From: Candidatus Poriferihabitaceae bacterium
GTDB lineage: Bacteria > Pseudomonadota > Gammaproteobacteria > Arenicellales > Poriferihabitantaceae
Reading direction: 5' to 3'
DNA length: 64,000 nucleotides
Assembly (NCBI GenBank): GCA_965226545.1
Contig: OZ245364.1
Span: 1,771,890 to 1,835,889 of the forward strand
Shown here: positions 35,631-44,563 of the stretch, in pieces
Layout of the letters: the number at the start of each line of letters is the position of its first letter
Numbering within the stretch: position 1 is the stretch's first letter
The notes under the pieces: model-generated
The model's database searches: none
The model's input: only the letters and a program-made list of their open reading frames with translations
Told to the model about the DNA's origin: nothing
Position numbers and translations under genes: made by a program

Positions 35631-36583
35631 CAATCCAACAACGCCCCCACCACCTCATTCCACCCCAACGCCAAATTATCGCGGTTATACCCGCCGCCGC
35701 CGGTGGCGATGATGCGGCCTTGGCAGAATTCATCGGCGAGTTGCACCAAGCGTTTGGCGGCGTGGCCGTGGGCGGCGGGGGTGAAGCGCATGTGGGTGAG
35801 TGGGTCGCCGGCGATGCTGTCGGCGCCGGCTTGCAGCAGGATGATTTCGGGTTGGAAGGCGCGCAGGTGTTCCTCGACTTTTGGCCAGGCGCGGTGGAAG
35901 GTTTCGTCGTCGCTGCCGGGCGCCAGCGGGATGTTGAGTTTTGTGCCGGTTGCTGCGCCGCGGCCGGTTTCGGATGCTGCGCCGGTGCCGGGATAAAGGA
36001 ATTTGCCGTCTTCGTGCAGGTCGGCGAACGCGACATCGGGGTCGTCTTCGTAGGCGTAGAAAACGCCGTCGCCGTGATGGGCGTCGATGTCGACATAGGC
36101 GATGCGTTGGATGTTGTATTGCGCGCGCAGGGTTTCGATGAGTACGCCGATGTCGTTGAACGCGCAAAATCCGGCCGCGCCGTCTCGGCGGGCGTGATGC
36201 AAGCCGGCGATGGGAATGAACATTCGCGGCGTCTCGCCGGCGACGATGCGCGACAACGCATCCAAATCCGAACCGACCACATACAAGCCGGCTTCGAATA
36301 CGCCGGGATACGCCGGCGTGTCGCCGGCATCCAAAAATCCGTTTCCGCTTGTCGATGCCCGCTTCGATGCACGCTTGACATGCGCGATGTATTCGTCGGT
36401 GTGAAAGCGCGACAAACTTGATTCATCGCCGAGCACCGGCGCGATGATGTTGACGCGTTTGTCCAAACCGCGTTTGACCGTCTCACACCAAAACGCGTGA
36501 ATTCGGTCGGTGCCAAACGGATGCCCGCCGGGGAATCCATACAACCCAAGTTCATCGCCAAAATATACGCTTGCCGCTTTCAT
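35630..36583 (-). CDS. histone deacetylase-family amidohydrolase (AcuC/acetylpolyamine amidohydrolase-like)
   Basis: GLHHARRDGAAGFCAFNDIGV, YVDIDAHHGDGV, and a GGGGYN-type C-terminus. Confidence 0.85.
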   Translation of the reverse strand: MKAASVYFGDELGLYGFPGGHPFGTDRIHAFWCETVKRGLDKRVNIIAPVLGDESSLSRFHTDEYIAHVKRASKRASTSGNGFLDAGDTPAYPGVFEAGLYVVGSDLDALSRIVAGETPRMFIPIAGLHHARRDGAAGFCAFNDIGVLIETLRAQYNIQRIAYVDIDAHHGDGVFYAYEDDPDVAFADLHEDGKFLYPGTGAASETGRGAATGTKLNIPLAPGSDDETFHRAWPKVEEHLRAFQPEIILLQAGADSIAGDPLTHMRFTPAAHGHAAKRLVQLADEFCQGRIIATGGGGYNRDNLALGWNEVVGALLD

Positions 36584-36707
36584 TGTTGCGCCTTTGATTG
36601 TTGTTGCGATTAATTTTAAGTTTCGTTTAAGTTTGGTTTAAGTTTACTTTATAAGTTGCAATCGCCAACTGCGCAATTGCAATTGCCACCGCATTACATT
36701 CGTCACT

Positions 36708-37604
36708 TTAATCCGCGCCGAGCAATTGTGCAACTTGCGCGTCGCTTGCCAACGGGCGCGACAACGGATTGCCGAATTGCGTCAATTGCGCAATCAATGC
36801 CCCGTTGTTCGCCGCGCGCGCACCGTCTTTCAACTCCAATGCATTCTCAAAACCAACGCGCACATGCCCGCCCAACCGAGTCGCTTCGGTTAAGCAATCA
36901 AATTCACCGTCGCCAAACGCACACACCATCCACTGCACCGACTCGCCAAGCGCGACGCGCATTTCATGCAGTGCATCAATCGGCGAATAATTTATTGCAT
37001 CACCGGTAGCATCGACAGTCGAATCAACCGTCGCCGTCGCCACCGACAACCCGCGCCGCCCAACCACCAACAACACGCAATGTTTATCGGCGGGAATAAC
37101 GCCGCGTTTGCGCAGCGAGCAATATGCATCCACCTCATCGCGCGAATATAAAATGTATTGAATCAAAACCTCACGCGCACGCAAAAAATTAAACAAATCG
37201 CCCGCCGCCGCAACATCATCCGTCGTGCGAATCAATTCGCGCGGTGCAATCGATACGCCGTCGGGCGCATCGTGCGCGCATAACGCGCGCAACGCGCGGC
37301 ATTGGTCGACGGCGGCGTAGTGCCGCGCCGATTCGCTGGTCGCTTGAATAAACAATCGCGCGCCGACTTGTGCGCGCACCGCATCGATGGCCGCGCGATA
37401 GGCGTGTTCATCCAAAGTGTGCGCGCCGTGTTCATCGCGCACATGCAGATGCAACATCCGCGCGCCGGCGCGCAACACTTCCTCGGCGACGCCCGCCAAT
37501 TGCGCGGCGGTCAACGGCAACGCCGGATGGTCGGCGCGGGTTTTATACGCGCCGTTGGGCGCGGCGGCGATTAACAACGGTTGCTTTGCAATGCGGTCGG
37601 TCAC
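36708..37604 (-). CDS. 3-keto-5-aminohexanoate cleavage enzyme family (BKACE/DUF849)
   Basis: LLIAAAPNGAYKTRADHPALPLTAAQLA..MLHLHVRDEHGAHTLD, the family N-terminal signature. Confidence 0.8.
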   Translation of the reverse strand: MTDRIAKQPLLIAAAPNGAYKTRADHPALPLTAAQLAGVAEEVLRAGARMLHLHVRDEHGAHTLDEHAYRAAIDAVRAQVGARLFIQATSESARHYAAVDQCRALRALCAHDAPDGVSIAPRELIRTTDDVAAAGDLFNFLRAREVLIQYILYSRDEVDAYCSLRKRGVIPADKHCVLLVVGRRGLSVATATVDSTVDATGDAINYSPIDALHEMRVALGESVQWMVCAFGDGEFDCLTEATRLGGHVRVGFENALELKDGARAANNGALIAQLTQFGNPLSRPLASDAQVAQLLGAD

Positions 37605-37806
37605 GACTTTGTTAAATGTATTCGAATGGTGTCACTATTAATGCCAATGGTTAATAGTTTGATTGCGTTACTTAATCACGTTGCTTAATAAAGTTAACCT
37701 AAACCGTATTAACTTAACCAACGTTAACTTAAAACCATTAACTTAACCGTCAACAAAGTTAATTACCGCGCCGCACTGTGTCGAACTGTGCCGCACCACA
37801 TCGAAA

Positions 37807-39144
37807 TCACCCACGCGGAATTTTCTCCATCGCATCATCCAAAGACGCCGCAAGTTTATCGACCAACTCATCGACATGCGCGGCTTCATAAATAAACGCC
37901 GGCGCCAGCAAAATATGATGCCCGTTGTCGCCGTCGGCGGTGCCGCATTCGGGGTAAATCATCAGCGCATTATCCATCGCGGTTTGTTTGACCAGATGAT
38001 GCAGCGGAATCGATGCCGGATAAGGCGTTTTGTCGGCGCGCGATTTCACCAACTCGATGCCGATAAACAATCCGCGCCCGCGAATGTCGCCGACATTGGG
38101 ATGCTCGGCAAACCGTTCGCGCAGGGCGGCGAATAATTGCGCGCCGCGTACGCGCACATTATCCAGCAGATTTTCATCGACGATGGTTTGCTGCACCGCC
38201 AACGCCGCGCTCGCGGCCAGCGCATGCCCCAAATAAGTGTGTCCGTGTTCGAACGCGCCCGAGCCGTCGGCGATGGCGCGATAAATGCGTTCGTCCATTA
38301 AGGTCGCGCCAATCGGTTGATAGCCGCCGCCCAACCCTTTGGCGATGCATGCCAAATCGGCGCGCACGTTTTCCTGTTGATGCGCATACCACGCGCCGCT
38401 GCGCCCCATGCCGCACATCACCTCATCCAAAATTAACAACACGCCGTGGCGGTCGCAAATTTCGCGGATGCGTTGAAAATAACCGTCGACAGCCGGCGCC
38501 GCTCCGATGCTTGCGCCAACCACCGTTTCGGCGACAAAACCGATGACGCGCTCGGCGCCGAGTTGCATAATCGCCGCCTCCAATTCATCGGCGGCGCGCT
38601 TGGCGTATTGCGCTTCGCTTTCCTTATCGCTTTGATGCCGATAGGCGTAGCACGGCGCAATGTGTTCGCACGGCAACAACAGCGGTTGGTAATGCGCGCG
38701 ACGTTTGTCGTTGCCGCCGACCGACAATGCGCCGAGCGTGTTGCCGTGATAACTTTGTCGGCGCGCGATAAATTGCGTTCGATTCGGTTCGCCGATTTCG
38801 ATGAAGTATTGCCGCGCAAGTTTCAACGCCGTCTCAATCGCCTCCGAGCCGCCGCTGACAAAATAAGCGTATTGCAAATTATCCGGCGCGTGTTGGATGA
38901 GTTGTTCGCCAAGATTCTCGAGCGTCTCAGTCGTAAAAAACGCGGTGTGCGCATAACTCAATTGCGCCGCCTGCGCACAAATCGCGGCAACCACCGCCGG
39001 ATGGTTATGCCCCAAACACGACACCGCCGCCCCGCCCGAACCGTCCAAATACCGCTTGCCGTTGGCGTCAATCAAATACACCCCGTCGCCGCCAACTGCC
39101 GTCGGCAACGATAGTCGAGTGTGGCGATGCATGATGCGAGTCAT
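37807..39144 (-). CDS. class III (omega) pyridoxal-phosphate aminotransferase
   Basis: FVSGGSEAIETALKLAR, LILDEVMCGMGRSG, and product length of 445 aa. Confidence 0.85.
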   Translation of the reverse strand: MTRIMHRHTRLSLPTAVGGDGVYLIDANGKRYLDGSGGAAVSCLGHNHPAVVAAICAQAAQLSYAHTAFFTTETLENLGEQLIQHAPDNLQYAYFVSGGSEAIETALKLARQYFIEIGEPNRTQFIARRQSYHGNTLGALSVGGNDKRRAHYQPLLLPCEHIAPCYAYRHQSDKESEAQYAKRAADELEAAIMQLGAERVIGFVAETVVGASIGAAPAVDGYFQRIREICDRHGVLLILDEVMCGMGRSGAWYAHQQENVRADLACIAKGLGGGYQPIGATLMDERIYRAIADGSGAFEHGHTYLGHALAASAALAVQQTIVDENLLDNVRVRGAQLFAALRERFAEHPNVGDIRGRGLFIGIELVKSRADKTPYPASIPLHHLVKQTAMDNALMIYPECGTADGDNGHHILLAPAFIYEAAHVDELVDKLAASLDDAMEKIPRG

Positions 39145-39413
39145 TGGCGGAAGGTTTGTGGGTGGTTGATGAATTGTTAATGCAAATTGTTAATGCGTTG
39201 TTGACGAATGGATTGATGAATCAGTTGCGGGGGACTTTCGAATGCGCACTGTTGGCATTGGCGGCGCAACATCAATAACGCAACATTGTAACCGCATTGC
39301 GCGACAGTTTTATCGGCATAGTCGTCAGTCGATGGCGACGGCGGCTACGCGATGTACATTGCAGTTAACCGACGGAGTATAATGCCAACCCGTATTTAAT
39401 TGAGGTAATTATT

Positions 39414-40367
39414 ATGCACACTGTTAACAAGTTAACCAAATCAATTGTCGCACTGAGTTGCGCGTTGTCTTTGGCCGCGTTGTCCGCCCCCGCATCGGCC
39501 GCGGATTGTCGCACCGTGCGTTTTTCCGATGTCGGCTGGACTGACATCACCGCCACCACGGCGGCCGCTTCGGTGGTGCTCAAAGCGCTTGGTTATCGAA
39601 CCGATGTAAAAGTGTTGTCGGTGCCGGTCACCTATAAATCGCTCGCCAACGACGACATCGATGTCTTCCTCGGCAATTGGATGCCGACCATGGAAGCCGA
39701 CATCAAACCGTATCGCGAAGCCGGCACGGTCGACACCGTGCGCGCCAATCTGCAAGGCGCGAAGTACACGCTGGCGGTGCTCTCTCGCAGCGCGAAAAAA
39801 GGATTGAAGGATTTCGCCAACATCGCCGACTTCCGCGGCGACTTGGACGGCAAAATCTACGGCATCGAGCCGGGCAACGACGGCAACCGCATCATCTTGG
39901 ACATGATTAAATCCAACGCATTCGGCTTGCAGGGGTTTGAAGTGGTCGAATCATCCGAGCAAGGCATGCTCGCGCAGGTGGCGCGCATCAACAAGCGCGG
40001 CGGCGACATTGTATTTTTGGGATGGGAACCGCATCCGATGAACGCCAATTACAAACTTGCGTATCTGACCGGTGGCGACGATTATTTCGGCCCCAACTTG
40101 GGCGGCGCAACCGTATACACCAACACCCGCGCAGGCTATGTCAACGAATGCAAAAACGTCGGGCGATTGCTTGGCAATCTGGAATTTTCGTTGGCCATGG
40201 AAAATGAAATCATGGGCGCCATCTTAAACGACGGCGCCGCGCCTGAAGCCGCCGCCAAAAGTTGGCTGAAAGCCAACATCAACACGGTTAAAAAATGGCT
40301 CAAACGAGTCAACACCGCGGACGGCAACAAAGGCTACGCCGCCGTCAAAACGGCGTTGGGCGTTTAA
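39414..40367 (+). CDS. choline/glycine betaine ABC transporter substrate-binding protein
   Basis: Signal peptide, then VRFSDVGWTDITATTA..LGNWMP (ProX/ChoX-type). The X-W-V gene order follows. Confidence 0.8.
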   Translation: MHTVNKLTKSIVALSCALSLAALSAPASAADCRTVRFSDVGWTDITATTAAASVVLKALGYRTDVKVLSVPVTYKSLANDDIDVFLGNWMPTMEADIKPYREAGTVDTVRANLQGAKYTLAVLSRSAKKGLKDFANIADFRGDLDGKIYGIEPGNDGNRIILDMIKSNAFGLQGFEVVESSEQGMLAQVARINKRGGDIVFLGWEPHPMNANYKLAYLTGGDDYFGPNLGGATVYTNTRAGYVNECKNVGRLLGNLEFSLAMENEIMGAILNDGAAPEAAAKSWLKANINTVKKWLKRVNTADGNKGYAAVKTALGV

Positions 40368-40424
40368 CTCCCGCCCCTTGTTTGCAAACGCCGGCCTCTC
40401 CGTCTCCTTGCGGGAATAACGCTT

Positions 40425-41366
40425 ATGTTTGAGCAGGTGACGGAGTGGCTGGCGTCTTATCAATTGCCCATCGGCAAAGCGACTGAAACGTTTTTTGATT
40501 TCATCATCGCGCACAACGCGCCGCTGTTCGACGGCATCGCCGCGGTGTTACAGGCGGTCATCGATGCGTTGTTGTGGCCGCTTAAGTTTTTTCCCGCGCC
40601 GGTGATTGTTTTTTTCGCCGCGCTGGGCGCGTATTTAATCCACCGCAAAATTTCACTCGCCGCCTTTGTCGCCGGCGGCTTGTTGCTGATTATCAATCAA
40701 GGCTACTGGCAACAAACCGCCGACACCCTGGCGTTGGTGTTGGCCTCGGCGTCGTTGTGCATGGCGATCGGCGTGCCGTTGGGCATCGCCGCGGCGCATC
40801 GTCCGTGGCTGTATACCGCGATGCGTCCGGTGTTGGATTTAATGCAAACCATTCCGACGTTCGTGTATTTGATTCCGGCGTTGGTGCTGTTTGGTTTGGG
40901 CGAAGTGCCGGGCTTGGTCGCCACCGTCATCTTTGCAATCGCCGCGCCGATTCGCCTAACGCATCTTGGCGTGTCGTCGACTCCGCAAACGCTCATCGAA
41001 GCCGGCCAAGCGTTCGGCTGTTCGCCGCGTCAATTGCTGTTGAAGGTCGAGTTGCCGTTCGCCCTGCCGCAAATTTTGGCGGGGTTTACCCAAGCGATTA
41101 TGCTGTCGTTGTCGATGGTGGTCATCGCCGCGATGGTCGGCGCGCCCGGCTTGGGCGTGCCGATTTTGCGCGCGATTAACACGGTCAATATCGCCAAAGG
41201 ATTCGAAGCCGGCTTGGCGATTGTGGTCATCGCGATTATTCTCGACCGCGTCTGTCGCCCGCCGACGCGCACATCGCGCAACACCGCCAACAACGTGGAG
41301 CGCGTGCGCAAGCGGTTGCGACGCATCATCGGCGGCAAAAAACCGCGCGCGCGTCCATCCAAATGA
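40425..41366 (+). CDS. choline/glycine betaine ABC transporter permease
   Basis: Polytopic protein with an EAA-loop-like EAGQAFGCSPRQLLLKVELPFALP. Confidence 0.85.
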   Translation: MFEQVTEWLASYQLPIGKATETFFDFIIAHNAPLFDGIAAVLQAVIDALLWPLKFFPAPVIVFFAALGAYLIHRKISLAAFVAGGLLLIINQGYWQQTADTLALVLASASLCMAIGVPLGIAAAHRPWLYTAMRPVLDLMQTIPTFVYLIPALVLFGLGEVPGLVATVIFAIAAPIRLTHLGVSSTPQTLIEAGQAFGCSPRQLLLKVELPFALPQILAGFTQAIMLSLSMVVIAAMVGAPGLGVPILRAINTVNIAKGFEAGLAIVVIAIILDRVCRPPTRTSRNTANNVERVRKRLRRIIGGKKPRARPSK

Positions 41367-42397
41367 AATCGCCGATGGTTCATTTGGATGCGGTGTCGAT
41401 TGTGTTCGGCAATTCGCCGGCGCGCGCATTGCCGTTGATGGACGCCGGGCAAAGCCGCGAAGAAATTCAAGCGCAAACCGGGCAGATAGTCGGCGTACAC
41501 GACTGCAGCCTGCGCGTGATGCAAGGCGAGATAGTCGTGTTGATGGGCTTGTCCGGCTCGGGCAAATCAACCTTGTTGCGCGCGGTCAACGGCTTGAACA
41601 AAATCGCGCGCGGCGGCGTGCATGTCAACGACGGCGAAACATTAATCGACATCACGCGCGCCAACACCGCAACCTTGCGTCACTTTCGCACCGCGCGCAT
41701 CGCAATGGTGTTTCAGCAATTCGGATTGTTGCCGTGGCGCACGGTCGCCGAAAATGTCGCGTTTGGTTTGGAAATCGCCGGCGTCGCCGCCGAACAACGC
41801 AACCGGATAGTCAAGCGTCAATTGGCGATGGTGCATCTGCACGATTGGGGCGAATGCCGCGTTGATGAATTGTCCGGCGGCATGCAACAGCGCGTCGGCT
41901 TGGCGCGCGCGTTTGCGACCGAATCGCCGATTTTGTTAATGGACGAACCATTTTCCGCACTCGACCCGTTGATTCGCGTGCGCCTGCAGGATGAGTTGTT
42001 GGATTTACAAACGCGTCTGCAGCGCACGATTTTGTTTGTCAGTCACGATTTGGATGAAGCGCTCAAAATCGGCAACCGCATCGTGATTATGCAGGGCGGG
42101 CGCATCGTGCAAATCGGCGCACCCGAACAAATCGTGCTCAACCCGGCGACCGATTATGTCGCCGATTTTGTCGCCCACATGAACCCGCTCAAAACCCTGC
42201 GCGCAACCGCCGTGATGCGCAACTCATCCAGCCGGCCAACCGATAAACAGGCGACGGTCGATGCCGACGCCACCTTGCTGGAAGTGTTGCGCGTTAAACA
42301 CCAAAGCGGCGGGCGCGTGCATGTGCGCCAAGGCCGGCAATGGATTGGCGTCATCGACGACAACGACATTTACAACGCGCTGTTGCGCCAAAAATAA
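41363..42397 (+). CDS. choline/glycine betaine ABC transporter ATP-binding protein
   Basis: GLSGSGKST Walker A, LSGGMQQRVGLARA signature, LLMDEPFSALD Walker B, and a C-terminal regulatory extension. Confidence 0.9.
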   Translation: MKSPMVHLDAVSIVFGNSPARALPLMDAGQSREEIQAQTGQIVGVHDCSLRVMQGEIVVLMGLSGSGKSTLLRAVNGLNKIARGGVHVNDGETLIDITRANTATLRHFRTARIAMVFQQFGLLPWRTVAENVAFGLEIAGVAAEQRNRIVKRQLAMVHLHDWGECRVDELSGGMQQRVGLARAFATESPILLMDEPFSALDPLIRVRLQDELLDLQTRLQRTILFVSHDLDEALKIGNRIVIMQGGRIVQIGAPEQIVLNPATDYVADFVAHMNPLKTLRATAVMRNSSSRPTDKQATVDADATLLEVLRVKHQSGGRVHVRQGRQWIGVIDDNDIYNALLRQK

Positions 42398-42496
42398 ACG
42401 CCGCCGCGAACCGTGTCATCGTTGCCAACGCCCGCGATTGCCTGTTGATTCGCAACACCGTAACCGCAGGCGGCATGCGTCGGGGGAGTTAAGTGA

Positions 42497-42586
42497 CTTT
42501 GGTGTATGCCCTTTGTATGCGCGCTTGTATTCGAACTTGTATGCGCACTTGTATGCGACTTTGTAATGCGACTTTGTAATGCGCCG
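42497..42586. repeat. about 7 x 12-13-bp degenerate tandem repeat (CTTGTATGCGNN)
   Basis: ctttgtatgcgcg cttgtattcgaa cttgtatgcgca cttgtatgcga ctttgtaatgcga ctttgtaatgcgcc. Confidence 0.85.
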
Positions 42587-42716
42587 TTATCGACGGTGAT
42601 GCGCGGGAGTTGGCAAGCGGCTTTGCAACGGTGGTCGGTGATTGGGCAAGTGATTTTGTTGTTGAAATTATCGGCGCCGGTGTTTAGGTTGAGTTTTGTT
42701 GCACGGTGTTAATAAT

Positions 42717-42790
42717 GATTGTTTTTGATATTGTTTTGATATTGTTTTGATATTGTTTTAATCTTGTTTTAATCTAAATCTCAATCCCGC
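42717..42790. repeat. 11-bp degenerate tandem repeat (GATATTGTTTT)
   Basis: gattgttttt gatattgtttt gatattgtttt gatattgtttt aatcttgtttt aatctaaatct. Confidence 0.85.
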
Positions 42791-42802
42791 ATTAACTTCA
42801 CT

Positions 42803-43603
42803 TCACCGCGCCAACTCATCCACTATCGCCTGCAACTCATCCAACGGCAACGCGCCGGCGACGAATCGGGTGGCGCCGTGTTTGTTGATGAAAAACACCG
42901 CCGGGGTGCCGGTTACGCCGGCGTTTGCGCCGTCGCGATAATCGGTCATCACGCGCTCGGTCATGCGGCCGCCGGTTAAGCATTCGTCGAATGCATCGCC
43001 GTTGACGCCGGTTTCTTCCGCCAATGCGCGCAGGCGGGTTAAGGCGAATCCGCGTCCGCCGGATTTGGTGCGTTGATAAATTTCATCGGTGAATTTCCAA
43101 AACGCATCGTTGCCGGACAAGGCGGCGACGCATTCGGATGCTTCGGCTTGTTGTTGTGCGCCGGGGTTGTGAAAGCCCAGCGGGAAGTGGCGATACACCC
43201 AGCGCAATTTGTCGCGATTGTTTTGCTGCAATTGCGCGACGGTGAAATGAAAACGCTTGCAGTACGGGCATTCAAAATCGGAATACTCAATCAGCGTTAC
43301 CTCAGCATCCGCCGCGCCCAAGATGTGGTCGCGCGCCGCATCGACTGCGCGCAAATTTTCGCCGGGCGATTCGCGTTCGGCTTGTTGGCGGCGGACGAAT
43401 TCGACGATGCCGCTTTCAATCGCATCGGTCAACGCGCCTTGTTCAATCAAACGGTTTAATTCATCGCGCACCATCGCGCGCAATTCATCATTGGATGCGC
43501 CGCTTTGCGCAAACGCCGGCGTAATGCAAACCGTCAATGACAATGCCAACGCCAACGCGCGTGCAAAATAATTGATGCGGCTACTATCGATGCAATGCTT
43601 CAT
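42803..43603 (-). CDS. DsbA-family periplasmic thiol:disulfide oxidoreductase
   Basis: Signal peptide and a thioredoxin-fold active site SDFECPYCKRFH. Confidence 0.8.
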   Translation of the reverse strand: MKHCIDSSRINYFARALALALSLTVCITPAFAQSGASNDELRAMVRDELNRLIEQGALTDAIESGIVEFVRRQQAERESPGENLRAVDAARDHILGAADAEVTLIEYSDFECPYCKRFHFTVAQLQQNNRDKLRWVYRHFPLGFHNPGAQQQAEASECVAALSGNDAFWKFTDEIYQRTKSGGRGFALTRLRALAEETGVNGDAFDECLTGGRMTERVMTDYRDGANAGVTGTPAVFFINKHGATRFVAGALPLDELQAIVDELAR

Positions 43604-43614
43604 CAGATTCGCGC

Positions 43615-43911
43615 TTAGCGCATGCCGGACAGGTTGGCGATGAGACCGATGGTCTTGCGCTTAATCTCGCGGCGGAGTTTATGCGCCAAATCTTCATCGT
43701 GGCTTAAGCAAGTCGTGCACGCGTTTGCATATTCGACGCCGGCGCGAGTCACCGCGCTTTCCATTGCCGCGGCGACCAGCGTACGAATGCGCGCGATTTG
43801 TTCATCGCGCAACGGCGCATCCATCGTGTCGCTTATCGCTTTGGCAATTTCGCGCGCGTAATCGTCCGCGCTCTTTACGGTTGCCTCGCGGTTGGATTGT
43901 GCGGCGCGCAT
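43615..43911 (-). CDS. hypothetical 98-aa protein
   Basis: The start ATG overlaps the upstream stop (TAATG), which indicates coupling. The longer 182-aa track ORF overlaps the upstream gene. Confidence 0.45.
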   Translation of the reverse strand: MRAAQSNREATVKSADDYAREIAKAISDTMDAPLRDEQIARIRTLVAAAMESAVTRAGVEYANACTTCLSHDEDLAHKLRREIKRKTIGLIANLSGMR

Positions 43912-44195
43912 TAGTCGTCTCTCCATTTGGCAAACGGAAACGGTTTGTCGTCTGATTCGAAAGTGATGTAGCACAGCACGCGGTCGATGTAGCCGCGCAA
44001 CTGTTCGCCGAATTCCAGCAACGATAAATTGCGCGAACCGCCAATCAACAAAAAGCCAAACTGCACCGCCACCGACGCCGCCAACACCGCTTGCGCAACG
44101 CCGATACAGGCGATGAACAACAGCACCAACAACAAGCGCAACCAAGTTTCTTTGCGCAACCACGGTTTAACCGGCGAATTAAATTCCTCATTCAT
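43911..44195 (-). CDS. small membrane protein, DUF4389-like
   Basis: MNEEFNSPVKPWLRKETWLRLLLVLLFIACIGVAQAVLAASVAVQFGFLLI, giving two TM helices. Confidence 0.5.
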   Translation of the reverse strand: MNEEFNSPVKPWLRKETWLRLLLVLLFIACIGVAQAVLAASVAVQFGFLLIGGSRNLSLLEFGEQLRGYIDRVLCYITFESDDKPFPFAKWRDD

Positions 44196-44563
44196 AACGC
44201 CCTCAACATAAGTTGTGTAAGTTAAAAAACCAAGTGAACAATTAAGTAAAAAATTAAGTAACACATTAAGTACAAATCAAATTCAAAATAATATGCAAAA
44301 TGATATGCATCATCGCATTCGGCGTCGCACACTTCGTCACATTCGTCGCCGCCTACTTCGTCACATACTTCGTCGCATTCATCGCCACATTCATCGTCGC
44401 ACAAATCGTCAACTGTGAATCGAATTCGTCACCACTATCACCGCATTTATCGACGATACGCCATTGTCGCGTCGATGAACAACATTCGCGGCAACACAAA
44501 CTCGCTTGTCAACGCATTTGTCAACCGTACTTATCAACACACTTGTAAACGAATCCGCAAACC

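Noticed and set aside
35600-36561. 273-aa plus-strand and 318-aa minus-strand ORFs overlapping the HDAC-family gene
   Set aside because: Only the 35630-36583 frame carries HDAC signatures (HHARRD, DIDAHHGDG). The others are low-complexity A/R/P/G shadow ORFs.
43615-44163. 182-aa minus-strand ORF as a single gene
   Set aside because: Its N-terminal half overlaps the DUF4389-like gene in another frame. A TAATG stop/start junction at 43911 gives a cleaner two-gene solution.
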